From the NCBI GenBank assembly GCA_047967505.1, contig CM106538.1: 64,000 nucleotides of DNA; one strand, 5' to 3'. The stretch comes from Dipteris shenzhenensis (taxonomy: Eukaryota). Both the position numbers and the translations under genes were made by a program. Below the pieces are notes generated by a model. That model saw only the letters and a list, made by a program, of their open reading frames with translations. It did no database searches and had not been told where the DNA came from. This document shows positions 40,011 through 51,485 of this stretch, in pieces. Numbering within the stretch: position 1 is the stretch's first letter; every line of letters begins with the position of its first letter.

Positions 40011-41089
40011 CTGCAATAGAGGATTCAGGAAAAATATTCGTCAAAGACAGAACACTGACCATCATGATGATAGCTCAACAATACACTAGCCCGTATTTCT
40101 ATGGATCCTATGTTGTACAGCAAGTTCTTTTTCTTATGTATGTTTTGCGAAAAGAGAACTGCCTAGGTGTCAAAGGCTTACAAAATAGAGCCCCTCCCTC
40201 ACCGCCCCCCCCCCCCCCCCCCCAAAAAAAAAAAAAAGAAAAAAAAAAAGAAAAACATACCCCAAAAACTGCCATAGGAAAAGTCCTGTGCTTGAGAGCA
40301 CACTTATTGTGAAGCATACTGTCCCAGTCTCAAAAGTGCTCTCACTGTTTGGTGAAGTGCTTGATGAATTTATCATATACATGCACGTTGTCATGTCATA
40401 ACCCTAGTATCACCTATTCTTCCTGGCTACAATCTCAATCAGGAGAGAAGAGGCTACCTTCACTAGTTGTGAGTTTGTGGAATTTGTCTTCTCCTCGAGT
40501 CTTCTTTTTCCCTCTATTTGTCCATACGAGGATAGGTTCCCCTTTCTCTCCTCCTGTGCTAAATTTATCCTGTGCTTGCTGCTCCTTTCTGCGATAACCA
40601 TGCAGTGCGCCTCTTATGGCCCCCTTTCCTATCTTACGAAGGCTTCCCCTCACTCACTTGTCTGTTCTGTTGTTGCACCACTGTTTACCCAGGTTTTTTT
40701 TTCTCTATTCCCTTGCAGCCTCTCAACTTCAAACCCTAACACCTTCTTGTTGAGGAGGAATGCTCAATCATGCAATGCAAATCAATGTAGACTAAACTAA
40801 AAATTGACTGGTTAGTATTTGTCATGCCACATGGCATTGTGGGATTTATATCCATATACAACTTGATGGCACAATGCCGTGCTCTATGGCAGCTGTATAA
40901 AGATCCTTTTTCTTCCTTTTCAATATTGTATTCTGGTTAATCAGAAGGGTATCAGGATTTGTTTCGGAGATTTGCTGCCACAAGTTTATTTGTTGGATCC
41001 TTGACCAGTTGGTCGCAAGGAAGCTCACTTTATGGAGCTTGGCCATTGTCATGTGTGGGTGAGAATTAAACTGGTGAGAATCCAAAAAA

Positions 41090-41790
41090 TCTGAGAAACA
41101 GCTCACACAGTACGAGATAGCATTGAGTGGAAACCACGGACTCATGAGCACCATGTCTTGAGAGAGGCATCCGCAAAGAGAGTTGGCCACCATAATCTTG
41201 CTTGCAATACCTTATGGATCGTAAGCTCCCCACCAAAATGACCACCCGTGATGCCTGAATGGGTTCCGCCCAAGACCTCCACAAGTTCATCCTCACGAAT
41301 GCAGTGGCACATTATACCGTCCTTGCCCATGCAATAGAGCTGGCCGGCTATCAGTTGATATGGTGCACATCCTTAATGAGTTTCCTGGCCTGGTCCTTAT
41401 TAAGGGCCTTGTTCTGAGGGAATTTATTGGCTAAGAAGTGGCCAATCTCCTGGGCCCATTCTAGAACTAAATCGACAAGGAATAGCGAGGCATCCAAAAG
41501 ACCAACCTCCACTCCTATTGCTGGTTCTCCATTGGAGATACGAGACATGTGATCAGCCATAAAGTGGGTACATCCTTTCCTTACAGCGACAGTGAAATTA
41601 AACTCTAGAAGTGAGCATCCACGTGATGTGTCCTGTCATACAGGGTTTATTGACTAAATAGAGGAGGGCCTAGTGGTCTACAAAGAATACAAACTTGTTT
41701 GCCAGCAACAAGTAATGCCTAAATTTTTTTTTGGCATACACCATGGCAAGTCCCTCCCGCTCAGTCATGGTATAGTTCATTTCTACGACT
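41090..41790 (-). pseudogene. pol: Ty3/Gypsy RNase H-integrase fragment, same family as 22720-24830
   Basis: NYTMTEREGLAMVYA, ADHMSRISNGEP, HSGITGGHFGGELTIHKVLQARLWWPTLFADA. Confidence 0.85.
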
Positions 41791-43315
41791 GAGCAAGCTA
41801 ACCTTTAACATTGGCATGACTGTTGACATGCCCCATGGTGGTAGCATTGACCATTTTGGCCACATGGTTGGGCGTTGACTTCTGATTTGAACTTGAGCCA
41901 TAGTCCATGCTCTCACTGAGTCAATTTGACTCTTTTAACTCCTCAAAATATTTCATAATATGTGGGAATGGTAGTTGCTCGCAGTGCGAGGACTTCGACC
42001 TTGAATTGTAGGTCTCTGATCACCTTAACTCATTGCAATCGATCTTCTGATAGCACCTCTACCTCACATGTTATTTGCCACGTGTGACAGTCAAAACACA
42101 GCCAAAAGCCAAATGCCATGTTTGTCAGACATGCTAACATGATCATTGCCCCTCCAACAGAACTACCAGAATGGCCAAATCAATGCCACACAGACTGTTA
42201 CATTGTAACATCTGCTTACTGCTACATCAACATTGGCACGTCATCATAATGTGTACCACATCAATGACACTACGTTATCAAGAAATCTCCAAAACATTCC
42301 ATCATCAACGCCATGTCTTCGAATATTCCTTTCCATCTGCCAATTGAACATTCCCTTTTTTAAGCATTTTATTACAGTTTCAATTTAAATCCAAAGAAAA
42401 ATATATTTGTAAAATCAAAGAAAATTCCTCTAAATTTTCATTTTCAAAGCTATTTCAGGCCTAGTTTCCATGTCCATTTAAGCCCATTTTGACACATTTA
42501 ACCATGGTTCTGATGGTAATCAGTATGAGATCTGAGACATCTTCTGGACAGCTCTTACTCAAGATCATTATAGGCATCAAACCATGTCCCTTTTGGCATT
42601 TTCAAAGAGCATTCCAAAGCTAGCTTCAAGACAAATTTAAGGCCTCGTGTTTATTGATAGTCCTACAATAATTTTGAAGTCATTATTATCAATTTGGGAG
42701 TCATTCGAGAAAGTGAATATGATACACTATTTTGAAGCACTATAACTTCAGGATACTCAACATCACCTTTGCATCAGTTCCAGCCCGTTTGAAGTAGTAA
42801 AACATAAAAAATAAACCTTTGAGGTCTTCTTAATATTGTTAGAAACATGAACTATGAGCAATGGATTTAGTTCATCGGATTACCCTTGGGGTAATTAGCT
42901 TTTTGGATAGGTAAGATTGTTGGAAAAATGAGTGATGAGCTATGGATTTAGTTCACTGGAGGAACGCCCCGATTGTTAAAAACGTTACAAGAGTGTAGCT
43001 AGACCATAGTGCCTAAGCAAATACTATGACTTGATGTCATAAGCATGGTTGGCCATCTTTAAGGGGCCACATGATGGGCATGCCCCCTCACATTCCGCAG
43101 GCAGCCTTTGAGTTGCTGCAGTTTTTGGTGTGCAAATTCTCTCAGCTTCTAGAGCATTTTGATTTGCAGTGATTCATTGTGTGTGCTTGATAGTAAAGGG
43201 CAATATAATATGGTAGGACTCCCTGTTTTCTCACATAGTATTAGAGTATGGTTGAGCTTTACCAGTTGCACCTGCTCAGAGGACCCAGTTGGGCAGTCCT
43301 CTAGTTCAGAGGCGA

Positions 43316-46300
43316 TGTTAGAGATCAATGACCCCACCTTTGAGCCCCCGATTTGTGGAAAAAGGGGCATTGGATCACAGGAACATATGATTGTGAGGGG
43401 TAGCTATAAGGGACAGTTTGGGCTGCATACCAGCAGAAAACAGAGGCCAGCCCTAGTGAAGCCCCTGGCAGCCCCTTATATAGGCTGCCCAGGGGGCCCT
43501 CTTTGAGGCCAGGTAAGGCCCGACTAGCAGGTCGGCCTGCTAGCCCCTGGACCAACCAGAAAGTTGGCCAGGATGAGGCCCTTCCAGCCCCCTATATAAG
43601 GGGACCCTTTCCCACCTCATTTCTCATCAGCCACAGCATCCACAGAAGCCTACAGAGAGGCAGCACAGAGCAGGTGTAGTCTACTAGGAGAGTTCCAGAT
43701 CTTGGCCAGCCCCTTGCTGGATACCTTGCGCTCACCCTGAGCTTGGTTTTGCCCACTACGTGGTGGAGGAATACATCTGATTTCTCTTTTGTATATGCTG
43801 TCTATACTTGATCTTTCGGGTGAGGTTCTAGTGTGTGGTCTGCATCATTGAGTGATTGAGATACAGCTGTTCCTATTTCGCAGAGGTCGTGAGGTTAGAG
43901 TGATTCTATCCTTCATTTCGAACATTGTATGAAAGAACGATTCTCAGCTCTAGAAGCTCTCACATCGAAGGAAGCAGTTCTTCTGCAGGAAAGTGACTTT
44001 GATTCGAACCGGGTTTGCAGAGTTCTATTTCATCTACCACACGTTTTATTTGGAGATTCTTTGCTGTGTGAAATTTACAGCAGACATGTTGAAGTTAGAA
44101 GCCTCTTCTGGCACTACTATTCATCCTCCCTCCGCTAGTCATGTTCCCTCTTATACCACCCCTAACTTTGGAGAGTCTAGGAGCATGGATGGATGGGACA
44201 AATCACCCCATTTGGAAGGCAAAGATCCGGAGTCACCTTGTGGCCCGGAAGCTGTGGAAGCTCACAACAGGAGTAGACACGAAGCCGGAGGATGTTGTAG
44301 ATCACAAGGTCAGGATTTTGATGCCGGTGGACAAAGATGAACTTGAAGCATGGGAGGATAGAGATACCCGGGCCCTGGATTCGAGGGCGGACTCTGTGGG
44401 GATAACAGCGGGCACAAGAAGGCTTGGTACGTGGACAACGGTGCCTCAAAACACGTGTCCAATAAGGAGGAGTGGTTCAAGACCATGGAGGGGACCCATC
44501 CTGACTCAAAGGTGACCATGGGGATAGCTCGACGTGCCATGTGAAGGGGGTTGGCAGTATTTCGATCATCACCACAGCGGGAGAAGAGAAGGTAATTTCC
44601 GGTGTGCTGTTTATTCCAAAATCTGTGCAAGAATCTGCTCTATGTGAGTCAAATGGATAAGCATAAGATGTCGGTACTCTTCGAGAAGGGGGAAGTCATC
44701 ATCACTTCCAAGGAAGATGGACAGAGGGTGGCCCAAGATGTCAAGGAGGACGGCTTATACCGGGTTACATGCTTTAGTTGTTCATGGGGACCATGGGCAC
44801 TCCAAAATGAGGCATGAAAGGCTTGGTTATGTCAATTACAGTACTCTTACACAAATGCAAAAGTCCAAGATGGTGGAGGGACTTCTAGCTATCAGAAGCG
44901 TAGAGAAAGTCTGCCAGGCTTGCTTGGAGGGCAAGCAACGCCTGGAGCAATTCCCACAAAAGGCTGCATCGAGGGCTAAGGGACCATTGGAGCTGGTCCA
45001 CTCCGACATTTGCAGACCAATGTCAACCAAATCATTTGCAAGGTCTAGGTATACTCTTCTATTTAGTGGGATGACTTGGATATGTTGCCTAACCAAGAAG
45101 TCTCAGGCATTTGAGAAATTCAATGACTGGAAGGCCAAGGTAGAGAACGAAACAGGGAAGGATGTCAAAGCATTCCGCACTGATCGAGGGGAGAAGTTCA
45201 CCTCCACAGAGTTCAACACTTTCTACAGAAAGCATGGAATCAAGCATCAGCTTACTTGTGCTCGCACATCTCAACAGAATGGGGTTGTTGAGCAAAAGCA
45301 CGGAACGGGTACAGAGATGGGATTGACCAAGATCAGAGGGAGCTCTCTCTCGAAAGCTTACTAGGGTGACGTAGTCAATAATGTAGTTCACATCCTCAAC
45401 AGGGCCAAGACCAAGGCCGTTGCAGATATGACACCCTACGAAGCATACTACGGTAAGAAGCCCACTATCTCCCATCTGAGGATTTTTAGTTCTGGATGCA
45501 TTCGTACATTTGCATAAAGATGATAGGTCAAAGCTAGATTCCAAGAGCAAGAATGTGACTTTGTTAGGTACTGTGAAGCATCTATGGGGTACCGCATCTC
45601 CAACCCGATGAAGAAACAGACATTGATAAGTAGGGACGTGGTCTTTGAGGAAGCAACGTCCAAGGCAGAAGAAGAGGTCATCAAAGTTTCCCAAGTTTCG
45701 ACACCCCAAGTTGACCATTATAGAGGTAGCGACGACTGAAGATCCCGAGGAACCTGCGAAAAAGCCAAATGCACCAGAGCCACCCCCGAAGTCAACTTTC
45801 GATGATAGGAAGTTACCGACGTGGTATCTGAAGACCTTGCAAGATTCTGGGGTCAAGGACATTCCAGAGTTCGATGGTCACGACACAACCCTTGGCCAAC
45901 TTCGCCTTGATGGCTAAGCTCCACGAGCCGCACACCATTGAGAAGGCAAAAGATATACCGTAGCAGCATGTTGCCATGAAGGCAGAGATGGACGCCATTC
46001 TAAAAAATGACACCTGGGACTTGGTGGCCAAACCCTACAAGCGGAAGATAATAGGTACCTAGTGGGTGTACAAGCTAAATTTCAAGCCTGATGGGAGCTT
46101 GGACAAATATAAAGCAAGATTGGTGGTACAAGGCTATGCTTAGTCAGAGGGACTCGACTTCGACGAGACCTTTGCCCCCACTGCCCGGATGTTCACTATT
46201 CGGACGGTGATCGCTTTGGCTGCCCATCACGATGTGAAGTCAGCATTCTTGAATGGAAAGGCATTGTACGGGCTGAAACGAGCCCCAAGAGCATGGTACC

Positions 46301-47636
46301 ACCACATCGATGTATTCTTCTCGAAGATCGGGTTCAATCGAAGCCATCAGATGCAAACCTCTCTCTCTTTTTAGCGGGGGTCAAAGGCTGGTTCTAATCC
46401 AATACGTGGACGCTTTGATCCTTACCGGTGACCATACCAAGGGGGTCACGGGCTGGTTCTGATCCTATACGTGGATGATCTGATCCTTACCGGTGACCTG
46501 AAGTCGAACGCTTGGTGTCGCTTTCACCTGTCCAATCTGAGTCACAGAGTCCGCCTGCCTCAATCCCTGTGGTGTATACAATCCTATATGTGCAAGTACC
46601 CTTCAGATACCTCAGCACCCGTAGACCTGCCTTCCAATGATTCTCCTTGGGTTTCGCAGAGAATTGGCACAACATCCCAACCGTAAAGGAGATGTCCGGC
46701 CTGGTGTTGGTTAGATAAAGTATAGACTGCCCACCAATCGTCGATACTTGCTAGCATCTACCAGTTTTGAAGAGTGACAAATGCTCAACATTGCCCGACC
46801 TCCATCTGTGTCACAACATCCTTGCAGTCCTCCATCTCGAACCGCTTCAATATCTCCTGACAGTATTTCTCTTGCGAGATGAAGATGCCCTTGTTCTGCA
46901 TGACCTCGATCCCAAGGAAGTAGTGGAGATTTTGTGCTTGCATCAAGGGCCATTTGGTAGCTGAGCAAGACAAACCCTCAGTTGCCCTTTCTTCTACAGA
47001 GACGGAGTACCGAGTTGCATACATTGCAGCATGCGAGACATTGTGTCTTAGGTGGATACTTGAGGATATGGACGTGACTCAGGAGAAGGCAACGGTGGTC
47101 ATGTGCGACAACCAAAGTTGCATAGCCATCACGAAGAACCGAGTGTTTCATGCACAGTCCATTACCACTTCATACGGGAGCTCATCGTCGATGACATCCT
47201 AGAAATGATGTACTGCCCGAGCACCGACAACCTTTCCTATGTCTTCACGAAGGCTCTCCCACGGGAGCAAATGGAGCACCTCATAAGACGCATGGGGATC
47301 GGCCCACAGTTGTGTCATTCAGAGGGGGTGTTAGAGATCAATGACCTCTACAGAGAGGTAGCACGAAGCAGGAGTAGTCTACTAGGAGAGTTCCAGATCT
47401 TGGCCAGCCCCTTGCAAGATATCTTGTGCTCACCCTGAGCTTGATTTTGCCCACTATTTGGCGGAGGAATGCATTTGAGTTCTCTCTCATATTCTCTCTC
47501 TAGGATATTCTATCTATACTCTATCTTTTGAGTGAGGATCTAGTGTGTGGTCTACATCATTGAGTGAGTGCGACAGACATGTTCCTATTCCACATAGGTT
47601 GTGAAGTTAGAGTGACTCTATCCTTCATTTCCAACA
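43316..47636 (+). mobile_element. Ty1/Copia LTR retrotransposon with internal inversion and partly deleted 3' LTR
   Basis: 5' LTR 43316-43924 and 3' LTR 47329-47636 (TGTTAGAGATCAATGACC...AACA); PPT AGAGGGGG at 47321; TSD GGCGA/GGCGC; degenerate PBS. Confidence 0.92.
44186..47310 (+). pseudogene. gag-pol: Copia gag-pol, disrupted (most of gag deleted; RT/RNase H segment inverted)
   Basis: Motifs DGTNHPIWK, WYVDNGASKH, HERLGYVN, CQACLEGKQ, LVHSDICRP, RTDRG, KYKARLVVQGY, YVDDLILTG, ALSSTETEY, CDNQSCIA, YHFIRE. Confidence 0.9.
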
Positions 47637-48230
47637 GGCGCACAACCTGAGCCTAGGTATAAAAAGCCCGAGAGAGATCCCCAATACAATGTCCACAACA
47701 AAGAAGACGAATGTGGAAATCTTTGCAGAACATCCTGCCAAGAACCTCAAGCCTTCGACAAAGACAATAAAAAAGAGGTGGTTGCAACAATGTGCAAATC
47801 ATGACACGAGATCTATAGATGCAATTTGCAAATCAGACAATTGTAAAGGCAGCACTGCAAGAATTTCATTGGAGAGTAAACTCTGCTGCATGTGGAAGAC
47901 GAGACTCAAATACTAACAACATGACTTTCACACAAGAGGCTAAGCCTGCAAATGACTCGCAAAAAGTCATATGTGCAGCACAATATTTTCGGTATCGACG
48001 CACAACGTGTTGAAAGCGCCATAATCACCAACATATAGCATTAAAAAGTGGCACGGTCCCAAGTGCCAATCGACTTTACAAAGGATCATGCATTGGCAAA
48101 ACTAAGCCAAAGCTTCTAAAGCAAAGGGTGAACAGATGTGGTGATTCCAAAAAGACGTTTTGTTGAAGCAAAGAGTAGTAATTATTGAACTTCAATGTAG
48201 CACGGGCTATTGCAATTCAAAAGAACTCAT
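47637..48230 (-). pseudogene. Possible decayed PIG-Q/GPI1-like gene fragment, continuing at 43241-43315 on the far side of the Copia insertion
   Basis: Collinear weak matches to remembered plant PIG-Q motifs: (F)WNHHICS, VIMAL, VVDIVLGISLGLF (47661-47699), then VL*AG/CNW and KLNHTL across the TSD. Many stops and frameshifts. Confidence 0.35.
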
Positions 48231-48481
48231 ACTAGAAAAGAATAGAAACTTTGCATAAATGCTTTCTCATAGAGGAGATAGGGGTTAAAGCACAGACAAC
48301 CTACCCCATCTTACTCGCTTAGATATGTATGATACCTCTCGAAGAAGCAGCTTTGTGCCATTTCATGGCCTACCTCAACAGTGGAGAAGATGGATGCCAA
48401 TTGGATATTGCACAAGGCAATGGAAGCAACACAAATCAATAGGGACCCTAGTCGGTAAAAACACATTAATTCATTTGTTTT

Positions 48482-49100
48482 TGTGGAGGGGTGCTGATTA
48501 ACCTATGACGAAGTAACGTAAGCAAGGGGTGCTGATTAACCTAGGATGAAGTAACATAAGCAAGGGGCGCCGAATAAACTATGACGAATTAATGTATGGG
48601 GAAATCGAGAAAGTTCTCAGAAATCTAGAAAGTTCGTATAGCCGCCCTTAGCAACGAGTATTTAAGGGGGAAGTGGGGGAGGCAGAGAGGGATAGAGAGA
48701 GGGAGGGAGAGGGAGACGGAGGGAGAGGGGAGGGCTGAGTGGCAGGAGGGGAGGGAGAGGAAGCAAGTGAGTGGAGGGGAGGGCTGAGCGGAGCAAGAGC
48801 GTGGAGGGAGAGGGAGAGGGGAGGGGGAGGGTTGATCAAAAGGAGAGGTGGAGAGGGGACTGCTGAAAGGAGCAAGGGGAGAGGCTAGAGGGAGAGGGGA
48901 CTGCTGAAAGGAGCGAATGGTGGAGAGGCCAAAGGGGAGGAGATGAATGGAGCTATGGGCATAATGGCTGCTGATAGTTAATAGTTAATAGGGATGTAAG
49001 GGATCACTAATAGTTAATAGTGATCCCTGGATTTTCTTTCGCAGGATGTAAGGGATCACTAATAGTTAATAGCGATCACTAGTCCCATAGATCTTGAAGG
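48482..49100 (+). repeat. LTR-like fragment with 38-bp tandem repeat x3, TATA-like box and GA-rich tract
   Basis: Starts TG; AGGGGTGCTGATTAACCTATGACGAAGTAACGTAAGCA at 48487, 48525 and 48563; TATTTAAGGGGG at ~48659. Confidence 0.5.
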
Positions 49101-49179
49101 GTCTCACATAAAATAGATGTTGTGATACTATGATAATGTAAGCATAGTATGTGTGAAGAGACCCTTATGAAGATAAGGG

Positions 49180-50828
49180 GATACCAAATTATGTGAATGA
49201 GTATGGATAAAGTGAAATGCCTATGAAGGAGAAGAATGTAGAAAGGAAGAAGATGGATTGACAAAGGAATGGAAGTTGGTTCTCCCTCTTTTCTATGTAC
49301 TCTCCTCTTCAATCATCCCTCATCTTCATTAGGGTCTCTTCACACATACAATGCTTACAATATCATAGTGTGTACAACATCTATTCTAACACTCCCCCTT
49401 AAGCTCAGAATGAGCTTGCACCAGATGCTTCTCGAAAGGATTTGACCTTCTCCTCCCCGAGAGCCTTGGTGAATATATCAGCCATCTGCTCATTCGTTTT
49501 GACATACTCTAGATGGACCTTTCCACTAATCACCTTCTCTCTTATAAAGTGGTAGTGCACTTCAATATGTTCCATCTTGGCATGGTAGACTGGATTCTTG
49601 GCTAGCATAATGCTACTCATGTTGTCACAATAAATGACAACACTCTCCTCAATATGGATCCCAAAATCAGCAAGTAGGATCCTCGACCAAGCCTCTTCAC
49701 ATGCAGCAATGCCTACTCTACGATACTCTGCATCCGTGCTAGAAAAGGCGACGGTAGGGTGCTTCTTCCTACTCTAGCAGACCATAGCACTACGCATATG
49801 CACTAGTAGACCTCCTATCCATGATGCTACCAGCCCAATCTGCGATTCTGCATCCATGTGTCCATACAAGCATAAGCCTCCATCTTTTACATTAAACATG
49901 CCATAGCTCCTAGTTACCTTCACATAGAGTGGAATCCCTCTGATGACCTCAAAATGGCTCTTACATGGTTGTTGCCTAAACCGACTGATCACTCCAACTG
50001 CGTAGCTCAAGTCTTAGTGTGTAATGGTTAGATATAAGAGACTCCCAACCATTTTCCAATACATCATGACATCCTGTATGTATTTGCCATCATCCAACAT
50101 CTTCACATTCTGATCAAGCGGTGTGTCTATGGGCTTGCATGCTGTCATCCCATACTTCTTTAGCATACCCAAGGCATATTGCCTTTGCACCATCCATTTA
50201 CCTGTAGGAGTGTCAATCACCTTAATGCCCAAGAAATATTGAAGCTCATGAAGATCCTTCATGTCAAACTCCTGTGATAGTCTTTTCTTTAGAGCTGAAG
50301 TTTCACCTGTATGCCTCCCCGTAATGATCAAGTCATCCACATTAATCACAACACCATCAATTTGCCATCCTCATACTTCACATACAAAGAGTAATCAGCC
50401 TTTGATTGGCTGAACTTCATGCACAGCAACGTCTTACTGATCCTTTCACATCATGCATGCAATGCTTGCTTCAATCCATATAGTGCCTTCTTCAATCTAC
50501 ACACATGCGAAGTGGACTTAGGATGCACATACCCATCTAGCTGATGCATATACACCTCTTCCTGTAAATCACCATTCAAGAGCGCATTCTTGACATACAT
50601 TTGCCATAATTTCCCAGCCATACATGGCAACCAATGCTATCACTATCCTAACCATTGTCATCTTTGCAACTGGACTAAATGTCTCATCATAATCTAGGCC
50701 ATGCGTCTACACATATTCCTTTACAACTAGTCTTGCTTTATAGTGTTCTACTGGTCCATCGCGCTTACACTTCACCTTGTAGACCCACTTACAGCTATAG
50801 CTTTTTTTCTTGGTGGTAAGGAGTCAGC
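49180..50828 (-). mobile_element. pol: Copia RT-RNase H-PPT-LTR-partial PBS segment, inverted relative to its flanks
   Basis: Minus-strand motifs CKWVYKVK, NVDDLIITG, FDMKDL..LQYFLGI, MVGSLLYL, NPVYHAKMEHIEVHYHFIRE, QMADIFTK. PPT AAGGGGGAG at 49392-49400; ~200-bp LTR at 49190-49391; TGGTATC at 49180-49186. Confidence 0.85.
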
Positions 50829-50989
50829 TTTCTTACAGTATTTGCATCAGATTTTCCGTTAGAAAAGATATGGGCTGCCTAAAACAGCAAAAAGTTGCTG
50901 CAAGCTGCTGAAATTCAGCTTGTTGTATGCACTTAAAGTGTGGAAATCCTTGCAATTTGAGCTTGTTTATGCCTCCAACTTTGAAATGA

Positions 50990-51485
50990 ATATGACAGAG
51001 AGTTCACAAGTTACTTAGGTAGTGGGTGACAAACTCACTAAGGACAAATACATGATATGATTGTATCATATGGACAATTCCTTATGGAAAAAGACTTATG
51101 GAGATTGGTGAGGATGAATGCCTCTATTTGCTAGAAGAGAATCCAACAGAGGAGCAGGTGAAAGGATATAAAGCATGGGTTGAAAAATCTTGGAAAGCGT
51201 TGCATTGGATGTCTCTTTGTGTTTCAGAGATTTTGATCTCACACATCAAGAAAGCTACGAATCCAAAAGAAGCTTGAGGCTTGTAAGATCCAACTAAACC
51301 AACGAGTACATGGCATTTGGAGAGAAAATAGGTCTATTACTGACTAAATTGCAGAAATCAAGCAGATTGGTGAAGATTTGGCCAAACATTAATTCACTTG
51401 TCGATGATGATGATCTAGTTTCGGTGACCCTCAATAGTCTAGGTCTGCAACATAAAAGCCTAATACCTCTATTTCAGTGCGTGGG
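50990..51485 (+). pseudogene. gag: Copia gag N-terminal fragment
   Basis: VVGDKLTKDKYMI*, KALHWMSLCVSEILISHIKKATNPKEA*, VDDDDLVSVTLNSLG (UBN2-type Copia Gag). Confidence 0.7.

Noticed and set aside
42570-42590. Minus-strand WFDA as the missing HAD exon
   Set aside because: Immediately followed by a stop, with no EKP motif or acceptor site.
45089-45862. 257-aa minus-strand ORF
   Set aside because: Antisense shadow of the Copia integrase.
48487-48600. 38-bp repeats as a CRISPR array
   Set aside because: Contiguous tandem copies without spacers, inside an LTR-like sequence.
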